In this document: piece after piece, positions 12,038 to 23,612 of the stretch
Position numbering within the stretch: the stretch's first letter is position 1
Layout of the letters: the number at the start of each line of letters is the position of its first letter
NCBI GenBank assembly: GCA_040143965.1
Contig: JASJQH010000053.1
Span: forward strand, 1-37,289
Length of the DNA: 37,289 bases
DNA from: Basidiobolus ranarum
Taxonomy: Eukaryota
Direction: 5' to 3'
Notes under the pieces: generated by a model
Told to the model about the DNA's origin: nothing
The model's input: the letters and a program-made list of their open reading frames with translations, nothing else
Database searches by the model: none
Translations under genes and position numbers: made by a program

Positions 12038-15000
12038 CTAGGATAATACGTGATACCATTGATCAATTTGACCTATCCAGTCGTCCATATCAGCCTGTGA
12101 GGAAGCCTGTAATAAGTATGAATTATGGCTGGTGTATATGGCAAAGACATGTTTGCGCTACAAAGAGAGAGAGAGGAAGTAGAATCATTAGTCGCGTATC
12201 AACTAGTCAACCCATAGAAAACACCACTTACTTGTAACATATTCTCAAGATCTTTCTTGTAATCAACACGCACAGCAGTCAGATTAATTACCGCTTGTTC
12301 GTCACTTTCAGAGTTACTGCTATACATGAACATGTATGGACTAAAGAGCTGAATGTTAGCTGATCTGGTTTCAATTGGTATTTGAGGTATTTTAAAGAGG
12401 TGTTACCGTCGGATGACAAACCATTTCTTCACCCATGAGTCTTGTAAATTCTCCGGATAATATAGGTACCCTTTCTTGGCTACAGTGTCACTATTAGGAT
12501 TCAAAACTTTCGATCAATACAACGCCCTTGCTATCTTCTAAGTTTGGCTGTGAATTTACCATTTGTTGACCATTCGAACATAGGGGGTCAGTTTCACCTG
12601 ATCTTTTATAGATACTGGGGGGACAACCAACTGTTGCCTTGTTTCCTCTTCGCTTTCTTCGGGTGGTTCAGTCATTTCCATATCCAGATCTTCAGGTCTT
12701 GGTGGATTCGGATCGATCACAATCTGTATGGGTTTGTTACTGTTAGTCAATAGATCAGCCATTTCTAAGTTCGAAAGCACTTCACCTCATCAAGATTCAG
12801 CGTCGGTCTCATCCACAGGTCGATGACCTTCCTACAGAGCTCTTCAGGTGAGGTATTTGCGGAGTATGAATGTTTGATATTCAATTTCTCCAATAGGTCT
12901 AGGTGTTGTCGAATATTCTCTAAAAGCTCTATTTTTCGAATACGTTCATTTGTGATGCGATACTCAGATACCAGTGACACACCACGAGGTTTCCAACTTC
13001 CCAGGAATTCTTCTCCTCTAACGTAGGTGGAAGCAGTGTTCATACGCCACAATTCAGTCAGCTTTCGTGTCATGGGAGGCTTAAGGGTCACCTGAAATAT
13101 GCCACTGACTTTCCCAAGTTGTTTGTTGGAACTCAAAAAGCCCATTAGACCTTTAGTTGAAATACGAGATTCACGTCCTTGTATTTGAACCGCAATATCC
13201 ATACTAAACCGGATGGGTTCGCTTACTCTTACTGCCTCCACTTCCCAATTCAATGTTACAATAACTCTATGGTTTGTTGATGTGGTGCGATTCAAGAAGA
13301 TGGAATCGTGCAGTGAGCTGTCCCATGATGCCTGAACAATAATATTGCTGGTCCCATCTGGCTTAAATACCAGTGTTTGTGATGGGACTAAGTTCAGTTC
13401 AATTTCCTTGCGAGAGTTGGACTCTACTATACGAGCTCGATTTTCAAGGAGTCTTACTTGACCAACTGACATCCGGGTCACTTTTGTCCATTCAAATAAA
13501 TGTCCGCTATTGTGAGAAAGTGTAAGGACAATTCGACGCTGTAATCCTTGTCTTAACAGAAATACACCAGAGTCCATAGTATTATCGGTTTGGACAGGAA
13601 CTGGACCGTAGTCCCCAGTAGATCCGAGTTCACAAACTTGGACCCAACTTAAAACATCGTGAAGCTCCTCGGCAAACAACTCTTCATCTGATCTTCTTTC
13701 TAAGGGCTTGGACTGCTCCAAAGAGATGTCACCAGCGTGATCAGTATTGTGTTGGTTGCCTTCTTCTTGTTGGAGGTCCCATTGCTCTATCTCTGTCAGG
13801 TTCTTTAATCTAGCACGGCCGAATACCTCAAACACTAAGAGATTGTCATTCAGGTGATTTCGAATGATTTCGTTGACTGTCACGTTGATGGTTTGGTGAT
13901 ACCCAAAGTAAATAGGGGAGTCTTCAAAGTCACTCACCGGATCGGTCGCAAAAATTTTGTCATTTTCGGAGAGTTGTTCCACACCACCAAAGCTAGCTAA
14001 TCTGAATTGGCAATGGATTTGGGTAAACTCCTCTTCCGAGAACCCAGTGATTTCAATAATGTTAACTTCAAAAGTAATCTGATCCCCGATCTGGACTTGT
14101 TGATGTTTGTTTTCGGTCGGTATCTCGGTTGCGTCGATATTCCGGTTGCCGTTCAAACTACCTGCACTGTAGATGGTACTTGAATAGCCTGAATCTCTCG
14201 TTGGCTTTGGTGTCAGTGCTACTCGACAGATTCCTTTCGTCCGTCCTGTGTAACGACATAATACTGGAATATCATGTTGTTGTGGGACTTTCCAAAGAAG
14301 GTTTTTCATATGAACTGCCGCACTTCCGATAAAAGTAAATCCGGTAGGTGGATTCTCGTAGAACGGCTCTTCGAAGTTGAAATGCTTCCGATATGTCGGT
14401 TGATCAATATAGTTGTAGAGTTGTCGCATTCGCTGTAGACGAGTCTTAAGTTTCTCAATGGACCAGATGTAAATCACCTCATGTTTCATGTCAATAACTT
14501 TAATTCCAATACATGGCTTTTTTGACGCGAATAGGTCGGCATCTTCTTGATTACTGTATTGATTTAAAGCGGACATACTTTCCCAAAATGATACTGGCTG
14601 GATGAATGGATAGTCTTCTACAATAGTAAATTGATATATCACATGCTTGTCAAGCTCTCTACTGATTACATTAGCCTCTTTAAGAATGACTGCATTCGAT
14701 AATATGGTCTCAGCCATATTGACAGTTCTACGAGCACGCATTTTACCCAACACCCAGTGTATCAGCTGCTTCTCTCGCTCAGAGTAAACAATTGGAGGCT
14801 TGTAGGAGCTGAACGTGGCGGCAGTCAAAGAAAGTCTTTTAATTTTCTTTTCATACTCTTCTCTCTGTAAAGTCAACATTTTCTCCATTTTTTGTTGGGT
14901 TACTTTAAGTTTTTCTTCTAGAGCTTCCTTTTGGACTACTGTTTCATCCGAGCTGGATGTCTCCAGTTTCTTTAACTTCTCTTCATATCCTTTCTTTTGA

Positions 15001-17506
15001 TTCTCTAATTGTTGTTGCATCTCATTTCGGGCCAAATGGAGTTTAACCTCAAACTCTAAACGAGCTGGACCAGGGCTGGTGATAGTGGAAAGTTCCTCCA
15101 GGCTAACATCCTTCAAAGATAAGGGTATTGGCGTGCTGACCCTATGCTGCGTACTACCAGCAACTTCTTTCCAGGCATAGCTCCAATCGATCACCTCAGA
15201 GGCTAGAGAAATAGAAGAGGTAGGAGATTCTGGTCGATCACTGTCTTCATCTTCCGGGAATGTGACGTTGTTAAGCGCGGATTTTTGTAGATCACGCTCC
15301 CTTCTAACTTCCTCTGGGTTGTTGAAGCGAAATACATGGTTATCACCAAGAATGATACGAAATCCTGACTTTAATCTCTTGGGTTTTGTGACTCTTCTTC
15401 CATTCACCATAGTTACACTTCCCTCGGTGGCAGTAAGTGTGACAACGCCTTTGTTGTTATTGAATTCACAATGCTGATCTAAAATACTTGATCCACTTAA
15501 TCGAATATCCGCAGCTTGATCAGAATCCATTTTACCGACTCGAGTGATACCTGATTTTAGATTGTATACTAGACATTCAGACATAAGTGGATCCTCATTT
15601 AAATTAACTAGATGCGGTACACGTTTAGGGGAATATAAACCAACTTGGTTCTTCTCAATCGCTATACCAAGCTCTTCCAGAGTTCTCTCTCTCTCCTCTT
15701 GAATGGATTGGGTTTTCTTCAGTTTATCTTCCCATGACTCATTAAGCTCTGCCATCAGTTTCTCGGATGCTTGCAATTGATCCCGTATCTTTAAAGCTGG
15801 ACTAGATGGGATCCCAGCCTCATTTGGATCATATACTGATAATTTGGTGCGTAATTGCTGCAGCTCTTCTTTTAACTCACGTATCATTCTAGCGTTAGGA
15901 TCTTCATTGACCACTGCCTTATTTTGAATCTTCTTAGCCCTATCGGCATAACGAAGCGTACTGAGCGTTTCATCGTAATCAGCGGGGGAGATAGCAGCAA
16001 TCATAGCAGTCTTCGAATTACCTCCCAAGGAGTCTTTGAGTAGCCATGTCAGGGTCTAGTCAATAAAATATATTGAATGTTAATAACCAAATTCTCAGTC
16101 TTAGAAAATCTTCTTATTTTACCGAATCTCTATACGGGACGAACTCCTCCTTTTTACCTCTCTTTGTGGATTGCTCTGCCAATGCTGAAATCACTTTACC
16201 AAGAGTAGTGAGGGACTTGTTAATATTGGCCCCTTCTTTTAATCTGGTTCCGGTAGCACCAGTGGAATCGGCTCTTTCACTACCAGCAAGATCTACCAAA
16301 CTAGTAACAATAAACAGTAGATTATTCAATTAAATATAGATATCTAGGATTGAGTGAGTCTTATAAAATTTACCTAATTTTAGAGACTTTTTCAGTAGAC
16401 ATTTTGGTTTCTAGGTCGTCTCTAATTTGAGTGAGAATTAGAGTAAAGACTGCATGAGAACGACTGGAAGTTTCATTCATATTTGTTGCCGCTACTGTTC
16501 GGGACTTTAGAGTAAATTTTATGGGTTTGAGTGATATGATATAGGTGTACATTTCAAAGTAATCGTAATGAAAATCTTAATCACCTTGTTACCAGCATCC
16601 ATCAAAGCTTCAACATCAGCGAAGGAGGTGACCATCAATTTGGATAGATCTTCAACGTAAGGACCCATACTAGGATGCTCACGAACTTTCATATTTCCTT
16701 TGGCTTTGGGGTTCAGAAGATCCCTTACTCTCTCACAGTAAATCTCCATGTATGATACTTGTACGTTGATCTTCAAGTTAGGGTCTACGTTGGCATTAAT
16801 ACGATTGAATAGCTCATTGCAAGTTAACGGAATAATCCCTTTATCTTCACCATAACCCATCTAGAAAGTAAAATTTAGTATTGTAAATGATGCTGTATAG
16901 AATCATAACTAACCATAGAGTAGGACTTCCCGGATCCAGTTTGTCCATCTATTAAAAGTCAATAAATTAATGGCAGTTACTTCAATATCTTATATCTCTA
17001 ATATCATGGTGAACAATGGGGAGAGGGCGAGAGTTTGTCTATATCCATATTTCATAGCAAGAATAGTGGCCGGTTCATCATAATAACTCTCTGTTAAATA
17101 GTCTGAAGATAACTTACAGGCAAAAATACACGTATTATATCCTTCAAATGCGTGATTCAATAGGTCTTCACCTAGATCGTTATATAAAACTCTTTGAGAA
17201 GCATAATTCTTATCTTCCTTATTAGCAGACCAATAAGATTTATCAAAAGCGAAGGATTTTGTGGACTGATCGTCAGGCTTGGTAATAATGGTTTGGTTAT
17301 CTTTCATACGAATGAGACAACTTGCCCCTCTCTCTTTCTCTATTTTTTAAAGAAACGGTTATAAACGGATTAGTTACTGCCTGAATGGGATAGAACCATA
17401 AACTATATTAAAAATTCAATATGGTTTCCTGTTTATGTATAAAAGAATAACCACCTCTGGTATTGAGAGGACGACAGCGTACTACCACTTTGATGTTGTT
17501 GCTCAT
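12038..17506 (-). CDS. Kinesin-3 (Unc-104/KIF1/Kin3-like) motor with FHA and C-terminal PH domain
   Basis: Starts [15 protein letters not shown] at 17506. Motor motifs [39 protein letters not shown] [13 protein letters not shown] region [18 protein letters not shown]...[28 protein letters not shown], then PH-domain exons ending ...[15 protein letters not shown] (TAG 12040-12038). Confidence 0.95.
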
Positions 17507-18473
17507 ATTGGCTATAACTAGAAATGTTCTGATACTTCTGAAAAAATTAACTGCTTATAAAAAGCTCATGGAGAAGTATTACCCCTATGTGATATTAGGA
17601 AGCAACCTTCAGACTACTAATTTCGTTGGTATATTTTATAAAAATGGTAAGACTATCCAGAGAGATAAAGCGAAATTCAACGGAATCTGTCCAGTTAACA
17701 ACTAAGAGAAGAATGAATAGTAGAAACAAGATAGTATGTAGGAAGTTCAAGTGAATAATGGATGAAAGAAGGGGCTAAGCAGGTATTTGGATAGGGTAAG
17801 GGATGGAAGGAGCAATAGACATAAGTTTAGGTGTACACAATAGTAATAGGAGGGAATTCGCTAACTAAATGTGGATTTGCAACGATCACATAATATTCGC
17901 GTAATATGTGGGCTTCTTTGTACACGTTATTAAATGCAGTCATCTCAAATCACATCCTACAGCTGATCCCTGCAGTCTCTGCAAATCTCTCGCGAGGTTC
18001 TCTCGAGCTTTAGGCTTTAAACTCAATCTTATAGGGAGTTTGTTTACTCTGTGGATCCATCTGCTTGCGTTTGTAGTCAAGGGGGTGTTACAAGCTTGTC
18101 CTTACAATTAGTAAACATGAGAGATTGATCAATACATCTAATGTTCATAAAATGATGCCTCACGGTTGGTGGATGTTTGGCTTAACTTAGTCAGATGTGG
18201 ATTTGCATGATTCGATCAAGTATGGATTTGAGTCCATAGACACGACTAAAACTATGCAACTGCGCAACTGATCTGTAGATAGTCACTATTTACACTTCGT
18301 ATATAAATCTATATATTGTTACTAAATCGATTCACATTCCGTAGCAATCGGTATGGTCATGTGATGTTGAAAAAGGAGTTCTGGAATATATACGCCAATT
18401 AAATCATGACTGCGACTCGTGCCGAATTCGCAATATATACTGAAGTCAACTGCCTCGAACTTCATACTCAAAA

Positions 18474-18718
18474 ATGGTGAGCCTAGTTTCCTTCCATCCA
18501 TTTCCATTGACATTTATTGATGTTTTCTGTTTTAGGGGAAAGTACATGGCTCTTTGGCGCGCGCTGGGAAAGTAAAGTCTCAAACGCCCAAGGTGGAAAA
18601 ACAAGATAAAGCTAAGGAATCTACTGGCAGAGCGAAGAAGAGAAACCAATATAATCAAAGATTCGTAAACACTACCGATATCGGTCGCCGAAAGATGAAT
18701 CCTGCACCAACAAATTGA
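18474..18718 (+). CDS. RPS30: 40S ribosomal protein eS30 (S30), divergent; not in the ORF track
   Basis: ATG 18474-18476, intron GTGAGC...TTTAG 18477-18535, exon 18536-18718: [61 protein letters not shown] (61 aa). Confidence 0.93.
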
Positions 18719-18918
18719 TCAAGTTTAGTCCTTATTAAGCAGCATATTTATCAATCTTAGAGTGTTCATTTTATTTTTTACCCAATAATAAGCATACTAT
18801 CGAAGATACAGCTATGACGAATAAATATCTTTAAACTTGTTTGACTATAATACGTAACCTGCATCTAACACTAATTGTGAATATTCACAAATCTACCTTC
18901 AGCTTGCTATCTGCAAAA

Positions 18919-19545
18919 ATGACTTTACCAAAGAGAATAACTAAGGTTGAGTCTAGATTTTATTTGAAGTCGGAGTATGTGACTAAAGAAATATTTAGGA
19001 GATTGAACGACTTATGTTAGAACCTGCCCCTGGCATTTCAGCCATCCCTCATGAGGACAATTTACGGTACTTCGATGTGGTAGTCGAAGGCCCCCCTCAA
19101 TCACCTTACGAAGGTAACACTGCCTCTCTCCGAACAGAATCAATGGGATACTAATATATGGTTTTAAATAGACGGTGCTTTCCAGCTTGAGCTTTTCTTG
19201 CCCGAGGACTATCCTTTGTCACCACCAAAGGTCCGCTTTTTAACGAAGATATATCACCCAAATATCGATAAATTAGGACGTATATGCTTGGATATTCTAA
19301 AAGGTAGCTTTCCTATTATTGTACTACATAGAGCTTTATTGACTTGCATTGTCGCAGATAAATGGTCTCCTGCTCTTCAGATTCGCACTCTGTTGTTGTC
19401 GATTCAAGCATTATTGTCTGCTCCTAATCCAGATGATCCCTTAGCTAATGATGTCGCTCAAAGTTGGAAGGATAATGAAAAGCTGGCAATTACCACTGCG
19501 CAGGAATGGACAAAGCAATATGCTAAGAAGTCAGAACCAATTTAA
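18919..19545 (+). CDS. UBC13: Ubiquitin-conjugating enzyme E2 N (K63 chains)
   Basis: Four exons: [36 protein letters not shown]...[57 protein letters not shown]. Confidence 0.95.
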
Positions 19546-19579
19546 TAGGCAAACATCGAATGAATTTGAAAATATAAAA

Positions 19580-20026
19580 TTATGAAACAAAAATATTATT
19601 ATGTACATTTGTGTTTACACGTTGTAATCGATCTCTATGTAGCGTGGCTAATAAATTGTTGATATCATGATAACTATGGCTGGGTTGATCTTGTGTATCG
19701 CTCTGGTTCTGTAATAGATCATCCTTTGTCGTCGTATTTACAGTTACTTCCAATTTGGTACTTATTTGTAGCTTTGTTAACGTTGTTACGTTTTCAGGTA
19801 TTGGGTGCAAATTTTCTTTATCAATGGTGGTAGCAAAATAGGAAGCTCGTATTTTCTTGCTTTTACTAGACATTACAGGTAGGTCTTCGGAAACCTGTTT
19901 CTCTGGTAACGCTTCATTCTCATTGATATCGTTGTAGTTCCTCTTTCTAGAGATGGTAGGAGAGCGCAGCTGAGTATGACATTGAATGGTTGGAGGATCA
20001 AAGGGAACTGGCGACAGGACCAACAT
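19580..20026 (-). CDS. Small hypothetical protein with basic NLS-like patches and a C-terminal amphipathic helix
   Basis: Open frame 19580-20080, first ATG at 20026. SRKRNY and SKSKKIR basic patches, low-complexity middle, C-terminal SYHDINNLLATLHRDRLQR. Fills an otherwise empty gap between UBC13 and the lipase. Confidence 0.6.
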   Translation of the reverse strand: MLVLSPVPFDPPTIQCHTQLRSPTISRKRNYNDINENEALPEKQVSEDLPVMSSKSKKIRASYFATTIDKENLHPIPENVTTLTKLQISTKLEVTVNTTTKDDLLQNQSDTQDQPSHSYHDINNLLATLHRDRLQRVNTNVHNNIFVS

Positions 20027-20400
20027 GTCTATGAGTTGATGATGAGTTGTCGACGCGTCGAGTGAGCTTTTTATAGTCAAATTTCAAGGCCCCCTTGTTT
20101 ATTATTTCTTTGCAAGAACAGTCCCAATAACTCGCGTCATTGGCCATTCTGTTTTGATTTCGTGATTCTATGCGACAATTTAGCAGTAAGTATAATCTAC
20201 CAATAAATTTACTTATTTGGTTAAACCAAGTAATGACTCAAGACAGGATTTATTCGGAGGGCTGAAGACGTACTTGGCGTAGATTAATTTCGCTCCCCAT
20301 TTCTAGGGCCCTCTTGGAATATCTCATTTATATGTTAAGTTGGTGGAATTCTTCAGGATATCCACTTCCTCCTACTTCACACTACCTATAATATTCGAAA

Positions 20401-22159
20401 ATGGGTATTTCAAGCGCCTCAACAGACCCACAGGATATCAGTAACACACAGTTGCCTCCAGCTCACCATGCGGCTACTTCTCCTTATACATTTGCCGAGT
20501 TTTTAGCAAGTACGCTCGGCTCGGTTGCAAAGACGCTGTATTACAACTATACCATGCTCTTCTACGACCCCATCAATTTTTTCTTAACCATAGGAGTATT
20601 CTTTACTCTTCTCGTAACAATGAGCATCGTGACTGTTGTTATGGATATCCTTAGTAAAGCTAGAATAATCAAGTTTCTAAGTGAAGAATATGGCCAAGGA
20701 ATGAGTCCTGTCAACTGGGTAAGGCTACTATTTTCAACTATTTAAAGTTTGAACTCTCCTTAAGGTTAAATATGTTGTCTATTGGAAGGGGTCCCCAGAG
20801 ATTTTTAATGAAGGTACTGTGTATATCGAAGCAGCTGGGGAATCTCTCTCTAGTACATCTAAAGAGAAAAGTAACTACGTAGAGGTGGATGGCTCGATGG
20901 CAATCCAATCAAAGTCATTTGATACTGGAGTTGCAGTTGCCACACTTCTTTTATCTGCACTTGTTTATGAAAGAGACGAAAGTTCCTGGCCAAAAGACCC
21001 TAAACAGCGTGAACTGACCATCACCAGTTATGCCAAAAAATGGAATCTAAAATTTATCAAGGGAAGCGAAATGAAGGTAAAAGGAGGGGGGCCATATTGT
21101 GGTGTTTTCGTTGGACGAAAGCCTGGTCCATTCATCGTGGTTGCATTCAAAGGTAATTTTGAGCTCTACCTATAATGCATGGGTTGTATTGATTACAAAA
21201 TTTATATATAATTGACTATTCATACTACAGGAACTAGTCCTTTGGATTCAGCTGAATGGCTCAGTGATGCAACTCTCACTCGCACCCAAGCCAGCTCTTA
21301 CGTGTATGGTGAAGTACACTCTGGCTTTTTTAATAAACTTTTCCCTCAGCAGCATACGACTGGAAAGGTAAAGCGGTCGAATCCATATGTAGAGATCATA
21401 CACTGTATCCAAAAGGAAGCCTTAGCGTTCCAAAACCAAGGGGATCCCATCCGCCCAATACCACTTTGGATAACTGGACATTCTCTCGGAGCCGCTTTAG
21501 CAAGTTTGTTTTTCGCCAGAGTAATGAAGAGCAAAGACGATCTTGAATACTCCAGAACTGGGTTGATCCTGAAAGATGGTTATACATTTGGATGCCCTTC
21601 GTTAGGTGATTTTTTGAAAACAAATGATTGTTTATCTGTATTTACATGCTAATTATTTGATCTAGGCGATGGTCGCTTTGCCAGCGAGTTTGCCTCTCAT
21701 ACTAACCTCCCTTTCACCAATCAGTCCACTCTTTGGAGAGTTGTAAATGATGCAGACATTGTTGCTCGTATTCCTACCGGAAACGATGATCTTGATACCC
21801 TTCGCTTCTTCACTTCATCTTCTTTGTTGAACTATGCTCATATCGGTCAGTCATTGCGACTGTTTACGGACGGAAGAAACCCAAGTATTCAACCGGCTCG
21901 CTATTCATCCATCTTCTTTGTACCGAATCTTACCATAGAAGAAGGATTTTCGTTATGGCGAAAGATTTACCACCTTATCAAAGATTTTCTTCCGGTTGGT
22001 TTGACTGGAGACTATCCAGAATTGAAAGAACTTAATCCTATCACAGTGGGTGAACTGTTTGTTCCAAAACTAATCGCCGATCATTCCCCCAGCAGGTACT
22101 TTTGGAGCCTTAAGAGTGCAAAGGATTACTTAACCAGACTGGACCCACCAAAAAAATGA
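20401..22159 (+). CDS. Class 3 lipase (alpha/beta hydrolase) with N-terminal hydrophobic segment
   Basis: Exons 20401-20718, 20789-21152, 21231-21605, 21666-22159. VVAFKGTSP lid region, ITGHSLG nucleophile, YTFGCP, RVVNDADIVARIP (catalytic Asp), DHSPSRY (catalytic His). Confidence 0.9.
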
Positions 22160-22288
22160 TTGAATTTATTGAAATAACTCAAAATCTAAAGTTAGGATTA
22201 GGTATTACTGAATCTTCGATGTAAACATTGATTTGAGTAAAATGTTTGAAAGGTAAATTTAACCTTAATAGCTTATCTAGTTTATGAA

Positions 22289-22340
22289 TGATAATGACCC
22301 TAAGTGATAATGACCCTAAGTAAGTGATAATGACCCTAAG
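22289..22340. repeat. (TGATAATGACCCTAAG)x3 tandem repeat upstream of the GNAT gene
   Basis: Copies at 22289-22304, 22305-22320 and 22325-22340. A separate 13-nt duplication ATGCTTTTTATTG lies at 22404-22429. Confidence 0.9.
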
Positions 22341-22613
22341 CAGTGCCAAATCCAATTGAACAGATCATCTTGCTATGACTGTATTTTAGAATATCTGTAA
22401 TCAATGCTTTTTATTGATGCTTTTTATTGATATTCAACCATTAGTATTCTCCCTTTGCCACCTACCGACCAATATTCTTACTAACCAGTGCAACGTCACA
22501 CTAATCAACTACTCCCAGGCTAGTGAATATTTTACCCCTATACCGCCATCATTCCTATTTAACATGCTTCTATGACTTCTATAGATTGATCCCGATAGAT
22601 CAAATCAAATACA

Positions 22614-22622
22614 ATCAGATAA
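22614..22622 (+). promoter_or_regulatory. ATCAGATAA, matching the fungal iron-repressor GATA (SreA/Fep1) consensus ATCWGATAA
   Basis: Exact 9-mer about 130 bp upstream of the GNAT ATG, with TATA-like gatatataaa at ~22673. Function is inferred. Confidence 0.35.
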
Positions 22623-22749
22623 AAAGGGCTCAAGGTCATAGGCTAACTGGGGATACTGAAAATAGGGCTTTTGATATATAAAGGGGACATTCTCGTGGAC
22701 ATGGGGTTTTCTCTTTTATACCGCCATCTCCAACTAGACGAACTAAAAA

Positions 22750-23253
22750 ATGGAAATCCGTGTATTGAAAGAAGAAGATATCGAGGATGTTCAAGAGTTC
22801 TTATTCAACGTGATTGAGGAAGATTTTGGCTACCAGTATAATCCAGTTTGGCATGCAGATATTGTAAAAATGAAGGAATTTTACATTCAGGATCCTAGAA
22901 GTCACTTTTTGGTTGGATGGGATGAAAATGGGAATATCGTTGGGACAATAGCAATCCGCAAATACAACAACAACTATCCAGAGCTCAATCATCTCTATAG
23001 TGGTAAACCAACATCGATGATCTGCCGTCATTTCGTAGCGAAAGCCCTAAGAAACAAACGTGTTGGTACTGTGTTACTGAAGGCGATGGAGTCTTACGCA
23101 AGAGAGAGCGGAGTAAGCATCTTATACTTGCATACACAAACTACCGTTCCAGGCTCATTGGAGTACTGGAAGGCCAAGGGTTATATAATCACTTTAGAGA
23201 TGAAAGATGAGTTGAGAACTGTACATTTGGACAAACATCTTCTTGCTAATTAA
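22750..23253 (+). CDS. GNAT-family N-acetyltransferase, intronless
   Basis: 167 aa. Motif A FVAKALRNKRVGTVLL, then ILYLHT and GSLEYWKAKGY. The N-terminal EDFGYQYNPVWHADI looks like prokaryotic GNATs. Confidence 0.9.
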   Translation: MEIRVLKEEDIEDVQEFLFNVIEEDFGYQYNPVWHADIVKMKEFYIQDPRSHFLVGWDENGNIVGTIAIRKYNNNYPELNHLYSGKPTSMICRHFVAKALRNKRVGTVLLKAMESYARESGVSILYLHTQTTVPGSLEYWKAKGYIITLEMKDELRTVHLDKHLLAN

Positions 23254-23612
23254 TTCGAGGGTTTGTCTTTGCCTCATCATACTCAATAAAAACTCATGTG
23301 ACAAACACCTGATTGGGTAGGCTTAGTAAAGAACTTCGAAATGGAAATATGTCTATATCTGATTCTCTGATTAGATTATACTCTCACAGTGGTGCTAACA
23401 GGATTTGTGAACCATACGGCGTTAACCACTGGGGTACACGTTGCAATAAACTATAAAATACTCAATCTGATCAATTCAAATCCATTCAAACCGGGGTGTT
23501 GTATTATGATCAGCGATCACGTAGATTAATGCTGATATAAAATTAGACCATCTGCTGAATATATGTGGGGAATCCTTTTAGCGCCATCCGACCCACCTTG
23601 TAAGTATATACA

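Noticed and set aside
17940..18275. Possible H/ACA or C/D snoRNA in the kinesin-RPS30 spacer
   Set aside because: Only short hairpins, an ACA and an imperfect C box were seen; not supportable without an Infernal/Rfam search.
18322..18658. Minus-strand ORFs 18322-18513 and 18446-18658
   Set aside because: Shadow frames of RPS30 on the plus strand.
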